Under the pieces are notes generated by a model. That model searched no databases and had not been told where the DNA came from. It saw only the letters and a list, made by a program, of their open reading frames with translations. Below, piece by piece: positions 1-8,348 of a DNA stretch of 64,000 nucleotides. The translations under genes were made by a program, and so were the position numbers. Each line of letters begins with the position of its first letter. Position 1 is the first letter of the stretch. Location of the stretch: positions 316,344 through 380,343 of IMG/VR virus record IMGVR_UViG_3300030102_006934. One strand, written 5' to 3'.

Positions 1-339
1 TGGGCTTTTAATTTAAAAAGGAGAAGTAAAGAAATAAAAGAAAAATGGGCTCAAATACCAAAAGACACACAACTACTAATCACACACGGACCACCTTTTG
101 GACGTTTAGATTGGGTCACTAAAAGTTATGAAAACGTTGGTTCTTTAGAATTAGCTAGAAGAATAGAAATAATCAAACCAAAGATACACGTTTTTGGCCA
201 TGTACATGAAGGTTATGGGTATACTCATGATGGTTATACACATTATATAAACGCTTCTATGGTCAGCCATCAAGACATGAACAACAATCCCATAAATATT
301 ATTTGGGATGTAGATAAAAATGAGGTAAAATTTTTGTAA
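1..339 (+). CDS. Calcineurin-like metallophosphoesterase, 5'-truncated by the window edge
   Basis: Frame +1 open to TAA at 337-339; LITHGPPFG and HVFGHVHEGYG motifs. Confidence 0.85.
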   Translation, partial: WAFNLKRRSKEIKEKWAQIPKDTQLLITHGPPFGRLDWVTKSYENVGSLELARRIEIIKPKIHVFGHVHEGYGYTHDGYTHYINASMVSHQDMNNNPINIIWDVDKNEVKFL

Positions 340-354
340 TAAATAAAAATTTGT

Positions 355-362
355 TATATTTG
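355..362 (+). promoter_or_regulatory. Bacteroidota-type -7 promoter element
   Basis: TATATTTG (TAnnTTTG) 4 nt before ATG 367. Confidence 0.65.
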
Positions 363-366
363 AAAT

Positions 367-738
367 ATGAAAAAAATAATAATCTTAATCGTTATAATTT
401 TAAATAGCGTGTTAGTATTATCACAAACCAACACTAACTATTTAATAGAGAATTATACAACTAGTAAAGGACAAACTGTGAAGACCAAGAATTATACCCA
501 ACAGTATAATTTTTATATTGAAAAGTCTGAAAGACAGAGAAATATAGCAACAATAGTTGGTTTAGTTGGTGGTTTAGTTGGTGTGGTTGGGTATAACTAC
601 TTACCACGTAACACACAAGGAAATTATTATTTAATAATAACTTCGATGGCAACCTCATGTATCTCAACAACTTTTTACATAAGGTCATCGGTTAATAGAA
701 GAAAAGCGTATAAACTTAAAAAAAATACTTATTTATGA
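367..738 (+). CDS. Hypothetical exported/membrane protein
   Basis: N-terminal signal-like hydrophobic stretch plus two further hydrophobic segments. Confidence 0.7.
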   Translation: MKKIIILIVIILNSVLVLSQTNTNYLIENYTTSKGQTVKTKNYTQQYNFYIEKSERQRNIATIVGLVGGLVGVVGYNYLPRNTQGNYYLIITSMATSCISTTFYIRSSVNRRKAYKLKKNTYL

Positions 739-1010
739 TTAACACACTAACATACAGTTTTATGGCATTAGTTTTTTTAATTTTTATTACAGTACTAGTA
801 ATAAAAATTTATAAAATGTACCCCCAATTTGGTATTGCTCTGATGTGGGGTAGTTTGTTTACCAAGATGTTATTTATTATAACCTATACATTGGTAGTAA
901 AAGATTTGATTGATAATCATATAATATATGCCACCTTTATTCTAATGGCTGTCATATATAGTATGGTACACACACTTATATCACTTAAAAACATTTTTAA
1001 AAAAGTATAA
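735..1010 (+). CDS. Small multi-TM membrane protein
   Basis: About three hydrophobic helices; ATGA overlap with the upstream ORF. Confidence 0.7.
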   Translation: MINTLTYSFMALVFLIFITVLVIKIYKMYPQFGIALMWGSLFTKMLFIITYTLVVKDLIDNHIIYATFILMAVIYSMVHTLISLKNIFKKV

Positions 1011-1546
1011 TGAAAAAAGATAGGTTTTTATCGGTTAAAAAATTAGCAACAAAACTACATGGAGAACAAAAAAGAAAATACTCTGGTGAACCATATGTTA
1101 CACACACTATTAGGGTTGCTAAAATTGTTGAGGACCATGGTGGTGATGATAATATGATCTATGCTGCATTACTCCATGATGTTCTAGAGGATACAGAAAC
1201 CACTGAATTGGAATTGTTCTCTATGTTGTCTACTATTATAGGTAATACTGACTCTATAGATACTCTTCGTTTAGTTAAGGAACTAACAGATGTTTTTACA
1301 ACAGAAGAATACCCCAAAATAAATAGAAGTGGAAGAAAAGAAATGGAATCTTTTAGACTGGGTAAGGTTTCACCTAGGTCACAAACAATTAAATACGCGG
1401 ACCTATTAGACAATAGTGCTGATATTTTAAGAAATGATCCTAAGTTCGCTAAATTATACCTAAAAGAAAAAGAGATGATTTTAAATCAAATGGACCAAGG
1501 TAACCAAACACTTTATAAAAAATGTTTAAATGTCTTGAACCTTTGA
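1010..1546 (+). CDS. HD-domain hydrolase, (p)ppGpp hydrolase/Mesh1-like
   Basis: RKYSGEPYVTH, AALLHDVLEDT, IKYADLLDN motifs. Confidence 0.85.
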   Translation: MKKDRFLSVKKLATKLHGEQKRKYSGEPYVTHTIRVAKIVEDHGGDDNMIYAALLHDVLEDTETTELELFSMLSTIIGNTDSIDTLRLVKELTDVFTTEEYPKINRSGRKEMESFRLGKVSPRSQTIKYADLLDNSADILRNDPKFAKLYLKEKEMILNQMDQGNQTLYKKCLNVLNL

Positions 1547-1641
1547 TTTATTAATACTATATTTAAATAAAGATAAGGGGTTACACAATAACGTTTGGAA
1601 CTCTGTAACCTTAAAAAAGAACCTTATCTTTTTTTTATTTT

Positions 1642-1713
1642 GGCCCCTTCGTCTAGTGGTTAGGACGCTAGGTTTTCATCCTAGAAACAGGAGTTCGATT
1701 CTCCTAGGGGCTA
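1642..1713 (+). tRNA. tRNA-Glu(TTC)
   Basis: Cloverleaf; anticodon arm CTAGG-TTTTCAT-CCTAG; T-loop TTCGATT. Confidence 0.95.
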
Positions 1714-1804
1714 CTGAGTAGGTTTTCGGTGTAAAACTCTTCGGAGTACCTAATCAAAATCCAGCCATTGTTCAGAATGGGAGATTATGAATAAAAACCG
1801 AAAC

Positions 1805-1878
1805 GGTCTGGTAGTTCAGTTGGTTAGAATACCTGCCTGTCACGCAGGGGGTCGCGAGTTCGAGTCTCGTCCAGACCG
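1805..1878 (+). tRNA. tRNA-Asp(GTC)
   Basis: Cloverleaf; CCTGC-CTGTCAC-GCAGG. Confidence 0.95.
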
Positions 1879-1888
1879 CAAATATTTA

Positions 1889-1973
1889 GGAAGATTGGCA
1901 GAGTGGTCGAATGCACTGGTCTTGAAAACCAGCATACCGAGAGGTATCGAAGGTTCGAATCCTTCATCTTCCG
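1889..1973 (+). tRNA. tRNA-Ser(TGA)
   Basis: CTGGT-CTTGAAA-ACCAG, long variable arm, G73. Confidence 0.95.
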
Positions 1974-1978
1974 CAAAA

Positions 1979-2006
1979 TAAACCCAAATACTCTTTGGGT
2001 TTTTTT
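1979..2006 (+). terminator. Intrinsic terminator
   Basis: AAACCCAAA-tactc-TTTGGGTTT followed by T run. Confidence 0.8.
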
Positions 2007-2030
2007 GTTAACCCAAACTATTTATTGTTG

Positions 2031-2789
2031 ATGAAACTTTTTGAAGTGTACGAAGATATAGTTATTGAAAACTCTTGGGGTAAACTAGAGGAAATACTAC
2101 AATCAGGTTTATTTCAAGAAGAAGGTGACTCTAAATTAAATGAATTACTAGAGAAGTCACAATTGTTAATTTTTAAAGCCTTTGACATAAACCCCAAAGA
2201 GGGTGGTAAATATTTTGTTTCTGGTTCCGCTAGACTATTTAAAAATCCTAGATTATTGAATGTGTTAAACAAACACGATAAATCTTTTGAGTTAGTATTA
2301 GGTGATTTAGATGTGGTAATACCTAATCAAGAAAACTGGGAAACATTATACAAAAACTATACAAATACAAATTCTGAATTTATAAAAGAGTTGTCACAAA
2401 AAATAAGTAAATCACCAGAAGATATTAAAAATAAGTTTTTAGAACAAAAGGGTAATTTTACAAAAGGTATTTATAGACCTGGTGTTGGCGGTATGGAACT
2501 TGTTGATGACGATATGGAAGCTTTTAAAGTTTGGGACCCTAGTAAAGCTAAAGACGCAAAAGACATGTCTGTTAGGAGCCAAAGTGACATTCTAAAAGAC
2601 AGTGTTAATATAGGTGGTTATTTTTTTATGAATATAAAAGATGTATTTGATTATAAATCAAAATTGAGTAGGGAAAAAGAAAAAAACATTGTGGCTTTCT
2701 TAAAAGATTATTTAACAGGAGAAGAGTCCCCACAAAGAGCCGAAGAACTTTTCAATAAAATAGGTGAAGAACTTGGAAAGGATAAATAA
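2031..2789 (+). CDS. Hypothetical protein, possible virion cargo
   Basis: ATG 2031 follows TATTTATT; leader MKLFEVYEDIVIE ends in VIE; DLDV motif hints at a nucleotidyltransferase-like fold. Confidence 0.7.
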   Translation: MKLFEVYEDIVIENSWGKLEEILQSGLFQEEGDSKLNELLEKSQLLIFKAFDINPKEGGKYFVSGSARLFKNPRLLNVLNKHDKSFELVLGDLDVVIPNQENWETLYKNYTNTNSEFIKELSQKISKSPEDIKNKFLEQKGNFTKGIYRPGVGGMELVDDDMEAFKVWDPSKAKDAKDMSVRSQSDILKDSVNIGGYFFMNIKDVFDYKSKLSREKEKNIVAFLKDYLTGEESPQRAEELFNKIGEELGKDK

Positions 2790-2807
2790 TTTAACTATCT
2801 TTACACA

Positions 2808-3095
2808 ATGAAAGGTAAAGAATACTTTAATAGGTTCACGGAAGATGAAAAAGTGGTTTGGTTAAAAAATTTCCACAAGTTTGGTTTTAATGATTTTAAG
2901 TCTTCAGAACAAGTAATGAAAACTGAATTTAAAAACTACTTTCAGTTTTTTTTCGGTATATTCCCAATAGAAAAAACTGAAGAAGGTTATAGTTATTGGT
3001 CAAACCTTTTCCACAAATATAGAGAATACGATAAGTTAACTATTAAAATTGGTCATAATTTTAAGAGTTATGTAACTGAACCAAAAATTTTTTAG
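2808..3095 (+). CDS. Hypothetical protein
   Basis: 95-aa ORF with phage-like codon usage. Confidence 0.65.
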   Translation: MKGKEYFNRFTEDEKVVWLKNFHKFGFNDFKSSEQVMKTEFKNYFQFFFGIFPIEKTEEGYSYWSNLFHKYREYDKLTIKIGHNFKSYVTEPKIF

Positions 3096-3125
3096 AAATA
3101 GGTTGTTATATTAAAAAGTTTTATT

Positions 3126-3150
3126 TATATTTGTATCAGTTCTTTGAAAA
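3126..3150 (+). promoter_or_regulatory. -7 promoter plus boxA-like leader of the tRNA operon
   Basis: TATATTTG then GTTCTTTGAAA; near-identical arrangement precedes tmRNA at 11569-11595. Confidence 0.7.
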
Positions 3151-3153
3151 TAT

Positions 3154-3409
3154 GACCGTGTGGCGGAATTGGTAGACGCTTACAAGAAAAACTAAAACTA
3201 TGGTAAAACTTGGTTTATATGTTTCCCTCTCACCCTTGTGTTGGTGAAAAAACATATAAGTATAATATAATATAATAATAACAACTAAAAGATTACTAAC
3301 GCGTTAGTTGAAACAAATTATAATATGATAAATAATAAAGAAAAATCCAGTTGTTTTAGTTTGATTGTATGAACGAAAGTTCGTGAAGGTTCGAATCCTT
3401 CCATGGTCA
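3154..3409 (+). ncRNA. tRNA-Leu-like RNA with a 179-nt insert replacing the anticodon loop
   Basis: Acceptor GACCGTG/CATGGTC+A73, D-arm GCGGAATTGGTAGACGC, stem TACAA/TTGTA, variable arm GAAC-GAAA-GTTC, T-arm GAAGG-TTCGAAT-CCTTC. Confidence 0.85.
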
Positions 3410-3507
3410 CAATAGGGTGGTAGATAAAATAGTAAAAAATCAATAATGCACCGAAAGGGGGAAATTCAATTTAGCATAAAAATCAATTACAACCACCCAC
3501 AGTTTTA

Positions 3508-3581
3508 GGACTTTTAGCTCAGTTGGTTAGAGCACTTGACTCATAATCAAGGGGTCGTAGGTTCGAGCCCTACATGGTCCA
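3508..3581 (+). tRNA. tRNA(CAT), probably Ile2 (lysidine type); elongator Met not excluded
   Basis: CTTGA-CTCATAA-TCAAG; paired G1-C72, so not an initiator. Confidence 0.9.
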
Positions 3582-3590
3582 CGTTAATTA

Positions 3591-3674
3591 GCTCGGGTGG
3601 CGGAATAGGTAGACGCGTCAGACTTAAAATCTGATTCCCAGTTGGGAGTGAGGGTTCGATTCCCTCTCCGAGTA
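3591..3674 (+). tRNA. tRNA-Leu(TAA)
   Basis: TCAGA-CTTAAAA-TCTGA, long variable arm, A73. Confidence 0.95.
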
Positions 3675-3893
3675 CTAGAGAGAGTGATGGGTACTCTCGG
3701 TGTTAGTAGAGGTCACGAAACTCTACCCCAAAAGCCTACGCGCGGGAAGAGCGAGGTATGTGGATACACGGATGGGTCATCCCCCTACCCCCACATCAAG
3801 GATTGACTTTTTTATGTGGTAAGACACTAATGAGTATTTTGAATAGGAAAAGAACGTTAAAATCTAGTACACTAAACCCTAGTGTACGCATTT

Positions 3894-3967
3894 GGATGGG
3901 TAGCTCAGCTGGATAGAGCATCTGCCTTCTAAGCAGACGGTCGCAGGTTCGAATCCTGCCCCGTTCA
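3894..3967 (+). tRNA. tRNA-Arg(TCT)
   Basis: TCTGC-CTTCTAA-GCAGA. Confidence 0.95.
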
Positions 3968-3972
3968 CTATT

Positions 3973-4000
3973 AAAACCTCGACATTAGTTGGGGTTTTTT
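3973..4000 (+). terminator. Intrinsic terminator
   Basis: AAAACCTCGAC-atta-GTTGGGGTTTT plus T run. Confidence 0.75.
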
Positions 4001-4048
4001 ATTGCCAATTAAAATAGGTTACCTACCTTTGTTCTAAACAAATAAGTT

Positions 4049-4789
4049 ATGTTAAATATATTTGAGGTTGGTGGATGTGTTAGAGATGAAATTCTAGGTG
4101 TAAGTACCAACGACATCGATTTTACTTTTGTTATAGAAGATACCAACCAAACAGTGGATGAGGGTTGGGATCAAATGTTATCTCACCTAAAAGAGGCTGG
4201 GTTTAAAATATTTTTAGAAACAAAAGAATGTTTTACTGTTAGAGCTAAATTCCCCAAAAACCATATTAATGAAGGATTAGTGGCTGACTTTGTTATGGCT
4301 AGGAAAGAAGTTGGTTACATTGATGGTACTAGGAAACCTATTTTAGAACTAGGTACACTGTTAGATGACTTAGTTAGAAGAGATTTTACAATCAATGCTT
4401 TAGCAAAAGATATGGACGGTAATATTATAGACCCCTTCGGTGGTGTAAAACATCTTAAAGAAGGTATCCTAATAACACCTCTAGATTCAAGAAAAACCAT
4501 GATGGACGACCCACTTAGAATATTAAGAGCTTTAAGATTTTCTATCACAAAAGGTTTTGAGGTATCTGAAGACATTATGGAAGCTATGAAGCAACCAAAC
4601 ATTTTAGAGAAATTAAAAACAACAGTTAGCCAAGAAAGAATTAGAGAAGAGTTGACTAAGATGATGAAATTCGATACAATTAAAACAATGAAACTACTAG
4701 TTAATATTGATAACGAGTTTATTCATGGGTTTTTAAATATCATTTTTGAAAAAGACATGTGGTTAAACCCAACTACCAAAAACAAGTAA
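4049..4789 (+). CDS. cca: tRNA nucleotidyltransferase (CCA-adding/poly(A) polymerase class II)
   Basis: VGGCVRD, DIDF, DLVRRDFTINALA, DDPLRILRALRF; TACCTTTG promoter element at 4024-4031. Confidence 0.9.
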   Translation: MLNIFEVGGCVRDEILGVSTNDIDFTFVIEDTNQTVDEGWDQMLSHLKEAGFKIFLETKECFTVRAKFPKNHINEGLVADFVMARKEVGYIDGTRKPILELGTLLDDLVRRDFTINALAKDMDGNIIDPFGGVKHLKEGILITPLDSRKTMMDDPLRILRALRFSITKGFEVSEDIMEAMKQPNILEKLKTTVSQERIREELTKMMKFDTIKTMKLLVNIDNEFIHGFLNIIFEKDMWLNPTTKNK

Positions 4790-4806
4790 ATTAAAAAACA
4801 AAAAAA

Positions 4807-5061
4807 ATGAATTTATTAAATAATATCGTAGATTATTACGAAGAAGAGGAAATATTAAAGGCAGATGGTTTCGATGAGGCGGTTATTGGTATAGAAGAAG
4901 GTACCATGAGATTGATTTATTCAGTTACTAAGTGTATTGAAATACTAATGACTGAAGATGATATGTCTATGGAAGATGCTATGGAACATTTTAGATATAA
5001 TGTTAGTGGTGCTTATGTTGGTAAAAAAACACCTATATGGTCAGAGGATATGTTTTATTAA
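4807..5061 (+). CDS. Conserved phage hypothetical protein
   Basis: LKADGFDEAVIG...YNVSGAYVGKKTP pattern recalled from large phages. Confidence 0.7.
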   Translation: MNLLNNIVDYYEEEEILKADGFDEAVIGIEEGTMRLIYSVTKCIEILMTEDDMSMEDAMEHFRYNVSGAYVGKKTPIWSEDMFY

Positions 5062-5198
5062 CATATTTATATAGTAGTAAAATAACTTTTACATAATTTG
5101 TTTTTTTATATAGAAATAATGTACAATATTTTTGAACCAGAGAACATTCATGACGAGGATGACGAGTTAGATATTTTCTAGTATATTTATTAGAAAAT

Positions 5199-5272
5199 GG
5201 GGGATTAGCTCAGCTGGCTAGAGCACCTGCCTTGCACGCAGGGGGTCATCGGTTCGACTCCGATATCCTCCA
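5199..5272 (+). tRNA. tRNA-Ala(TGC)
   Basis: CCTGC-CTTGCAC-GCAGG; G3-U70 pair. Confidence 0.95.
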
Positions 5273-5335
5273 CAATAAAATTGTTTTTACTCACCACTAT
5301 CACTTATTAACTATCTTACTATATTTATATTCGAT

Positions 5336-5788
5336 ATGTTAGATGAATTTATATTGAATACTAAAGAGGCGAGATTAATACAAATCGATTATAAATTGAT
5401 TACTGGCGATTTAAATGAGGAGTTACTATCCAAAATGTCACCTCAAGAACAAATTAACACATATAACTTAGCTTTACTACTACCTAGTAGAAGTTGTGAA
5501 GAAGACGATGAACTTTATTGGGATCAAATACTAGTTGATGAATTTATATTATCTTATTTAGAACAAATACTAAATAAAAGAAAAATAAAATATTTTTTAA
5601 CTGACATAACAAAAGATTATTATAAAAAATCTAGTTACCTTGACCTTGATTTTATAAAAGATATCGATGGGTTTATGGATACCTTATTAACTATTGATGA
5701 TGTTTTGGATAGGATAAATGATGTTGGTTTGGATAAGATAAATTTATTGGAGTTATCTTTTTTAGAAAGGAATTCTAGTAAGTTTTAG
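5336..5788 (+). CDS. Hypothetical protein
   Basis: 150-aa ORF; ATATTTAT at 5321. Confidence 0.7.
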   Translation: MLDEFILNTKEARLIQIDYKLITGDLNEELLSKMSPQEQINTYNLALLLPSRSCEEDDELYWDQILVDEFILSYLEQILNKRKIKYFLTDITKDYYKKSSYLDLDFIKDIDGFMDTLLTIDDVLDRINDVGLDKINLLELSFLERNSSKF

Positions 5789-5820
5789 TTTAAACGTTAA
5801 TATTTATAATAAAAGGTCGT

Positions 5821-6330
5821 ATGAAGGTCTTAGTATTGAATATGGATTACAGTCCTATAAACGTAACATCCCTACAGAGAGGTTTTAAGTTAGTATTTAA
5901 AGGAAAGGCAGAAATAGTAACACACGAAATAAAAAACCCAATCAAAACGGAAAGAAAAAAATACAGAAGACCAACGGTAATAAGACTTTTAAGATATATT
6001 TCAGTACCATTTAGAAAGGTTAAATTAAATAGACAAAATATTTTTAGGAGAGACGATTATAAGTGTGTGTACTGTTACTCCAAAGATAACCTCACCTTAG
6101 ACCATTTAATACCTAAATGTAAGGGTGGTCAAAATAGTTGGTCTAATTTAGTTACTTCTTGTGGTAGTTGTAATGTTAAAAAGGGTGATAAGGATGTTGA
6201 CTTATTCTTAGAAGAGAATAACATTGAAATGAGTCATCAACCATTTAAACCAACATACTTATATTTTGTAGAAAAAATAAATAATGTAAACCCAGATTGG
6301 AAACAGTTTGTGGGTATAGTAAAAAAATAA
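5821..6330 (+). CDS. HNH endonuclease
   Basis: VLVLNMDYSP N-terminus; CVYC, LTLDHLIP, NLVTSCGSCN. Confidence 0.9.
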   Translation: MKVLVLNMDYSPINVTSLQRGFKLVFKGKAEIVTHEIKNPIKTERKKYRRPTVIRLLRYISVPFRKVKLNRQNIFRRDDYKCVYCYSKDNLTLDHLIPKCKGGQNSWSNLVTSCGSCNVKKGDKDVDLFLEENNIEMSHQPFKPTYLYFVEKINNVNPDWKQFVGIVKK

Positions 6331-6331
6331 A

Positions 6332-6490
6332 ATGGATTTCGAGTTAGGTAAGGATTATTATTTAGAGAATGGTAAAATAGTTTTAACAGAAATATACCAT
6401 AAAAAAAGAGGTACTTGTTGTGGTTCTAATTGTAGACATTGTGCCTATGAGCCACCACATCAAAAAGGTAATAAAAAATTAAAAGAATAA
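6332..6490 (+). CDS. Small Cys-rich protein (DUF5522-like); absent from the ORF track
   Basis: Translates DYYLENGKIVLTEIYHKKRGTCCGSNCRHCAY. Confidence 0.75.
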   Translation: MDFELGKDYYLENGKIVLTEIYHKKRGTCCGSNCRHCAYEPPHQKGNKKLKE

Positions 6491-6505
6491 TATATTTATA
6501 ACTAT

Positions 6506-7216
6506 ATGGAATGGGAAGGTTATGATTGGCAAATAGGTGAGAGATGGGGTATTATTCACCCAAATAAACCAATTTGTTATTACGATAAGGACGCGGTTAA
6601 AATAAATAAAAAGGGTGAACTAGAATTATACACACACTATAACCCTAGAAAATTTGATGGTAAAACTGTTAACACAGGCGTTGGTTTGATTAATTGCAAA
6701 GAGAAGTTCGAATATGGTAGGTTCGACATAGATATTAAATTACCTAAAGGACCATCTTTGTGGCCAGCTTTTTGGATGTGGTCTTATAACTTTTGGCCAC
6801 CAGAGATTGATGTGTTTGAGGCGTACTCAAATAAAAAGGGTAGTTATTTTAATTGGAATATAGATGCTCTTTGGGGGAACTTTTGGAATGTTAAGAGTAA
6901 TTTACATTTGGGAATTCAACCAGAAAATTATCAATATGGTGCAAAAAGACATTGGTTGGGCTGGGAATGTCCTAGTAAGGATTTTCATAAGTATAGTGTG
7001 GAGTGGTTCCCAAATGAGGTAAACATTCTATTTGACGATAGATTGGTCAGAAAAATTAATGATGAAAAAACTTTATCACAATTAAGAGATTTCCCAATGA
7101 ATGTTATTATAAATACACACATTAGGCCAGGTTACCCAGCAGAGGATAAAGAATTAATCACAAAAATGGTTTGTAAAAACTTTAGATACTCTAAGTTTTA
7201 CCCTTACAATTTATAG
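6506..7216 (+). CDS. Glycoside hydrolase family 16 protein
   Basis: YGRFDIDIKLP, LWPAFWM, WPPEIDVFE catalytic ExDxxE. Confidence 0.85.
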   Translation: MEWEGYDWQIGERWGIIHPNKPICYYDKDAVKINKKGELELYTHYNPRKFDGKTVNTGVGLINCKEKFEYGRFDIDIKLPKGPSLWPAFWMWSYNFWPPEIDVFEAYSNKKGSYFNWNIDALWGNFWNVKSNLHLGIQPENYQYGAKRHWLGWECPSKDFHKYSVEWFPNEVNILFDDRLVRKINDEKTLSQLRDFPMNVIINTHIRPGYPAEDKELITKMVCKNFRYSKFYPYNL

Positions 7217-7273
7217 AATTGTATTGACAAAAATATTTTTTTGGTTATATTAATAAAAAAAAAGTTATAAATT

Positions 7274-7705
7274 ATGGATAATTTAAATTTCGGAAGTATG
7301 GATGATGATTTATTTAGAAAAGATTTTTTGAATTTTTTAAATCAACACCAAAAAAGGATGAGTGATTTCATGAAAAAAATGTATGGTGATAATAATTTAA
7401 ATTCCGGTCAGTCATTTGACGAAATCATGTCAAGACTAAATATTACCCCCAATAATATAGAAAGGGGTGAGGATGAGTATGGGACTTGGGAGAATAGTGA
7501 ATGGTTCTCAAATGATGGTAATACTCATTACAACTCTTTTTTCAGAGAATTTAACCCATATAAAGACATAAAACCAAGGAGTAAAACTCAAGAGATTAGC
7601 ACCCTTGATTTATTGGAGTCAAAGTTAAACAAGTCTATATTAGAAGAGGATTACGAATCCGCGGCTAAAATTAGAGATTTGATGAAGTCTTTGAGTGAAG
7701 ATTAA
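7274..7705 (+). CDS. Protein with C-terminal UVR (UvrB/UvrC) motif
   Basis: LESKLNKSILEEDYESAAKIRDLM. Confidence 0.75.
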   Translation: MDNLNFGSMDDDLFRKDFLNFLNQHQKRMSDFMKKMYGDNNLNSGQSFDEIMSRLNITPNNIERGEDEYGTWENSEWFSNDGNTHYNSFFREFNPYKDIKPRSKTQEISTLDLLESKLNKSILEEDYESAAKIRDLMKSLSED

Positions 7706-8229
7706 TGGAACCTAGGAAAGTAGTAAAAAAATTTCAAGAATTTACTGATACTAACTATCCCAGAGGTATCTTTAATCACCATATTTATGAACCCACACAA
7801 TCGATTAGAAGAGTAATGGAATTACCCATGGGTAATGTCTTAGGTATTCTTAAAGTTGATTCAGAAGCACCAATAATGTTGACGAAACAGGTGGGTTTAC
7901 CTATAGGGATGTTGGCAGAAGATTTTCCTAGAACGGCGGTCTCTTCCAATTCCCATACCCCACGACCAATAAGAATAAGGTTTAGGGACGGTATTAATGT
8001 CACAGAAATAGAATTACAAGATAGTATATGGGATTGGGCTGATAGTATGAGTAAAAAAAATATTTGTATAAAAACTTTAGACCCTACAGGGGTAGAAACA
8101 GAAAGATGGGATTTAAGAGGTTGTTTCCCTACACAAATCGGTTATGATTTAATTCCAGGGAACGATGAGCATCTATATTTAGAAATAACTTTAAATTGGG
8201 ATTGCTTAACGAAACAAATTTTAGAGTAA
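7705..8229 (+). CDS. Divergent T4 gp19-like tail tube paralog
   Basis: KKNICIKTLDPTGVETERWDLRGCFPTQIGY...LEITLNWD resembles tail-tube C-terminal strands. Confidence 0.6.
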   Translation: MEPRKVVKKFQEFTDTNYPRGIFNHHIYEPTQSIRRVMELPMGNVLGILKVDSEAPIMLTKQVGLPIGMLAEDFPRTAVSSNSHTPRPIRIRFRDGINVTEIELQDSIWDWADSMSKKNICIKTLDPTGVETERWDLRGCFPTQIGYDLIPGNDEHLYLEITLNWDCLTKQILE

Positions 8230-8348
8230 TTTTTGTTTATACCAGATATTTAATTATTGTCAGTAATGTAATCACATCCCCCGACCAAAACAAACTCAAT
8301 GGGGTTTTTATTGGCAAAAAAAAGGGACCTCTAGGGGTCCCAATTTTT

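Noticed and set aside
1787-1981. 64-aa ORF from the ORF track
   Set aside because: Overlaps tRNA-Asp and tRNA-Ser entirely
1995-2030. TTG-start extension of the 264-aa ORF
   Set aside because: Runs through the terminator; ATG 2031 after TATTTATT is more plausible
3186-3364. Group I intron in a tRNA anticodon loop
   Set aside because: No recognisable P7/R/S core (e.g. GAGACUA, AAGAUAUAGUCC), no terminal G next to a rebuilt 7-nt loop, and very AT-rich; an Rfam search is still needed to exclude it formally
3199-3372. Two 15-codon ORFs inside the tRNA-like insert (MVKLGLYVSLSPLCW; MINNKEKSSCFSLIV)
   Set aside because: Too short to support and overlapping structural stems; kept only as possible tag frames if the RNA proves tmRNA-like
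3700-3730. Hammerhead ribozyme suggested by GTAGAG-GTC-A-CGAAA-CTCTAC
   Set aside because: No CUGAUGA core and no room for stems I and II
3675-3760. HDV-like theta ribozyme after tRNA-Leu
   Set aside because: First hairpin has only a 7-nt loop; nested P1/P2/P3 double pseudoknot could not be built
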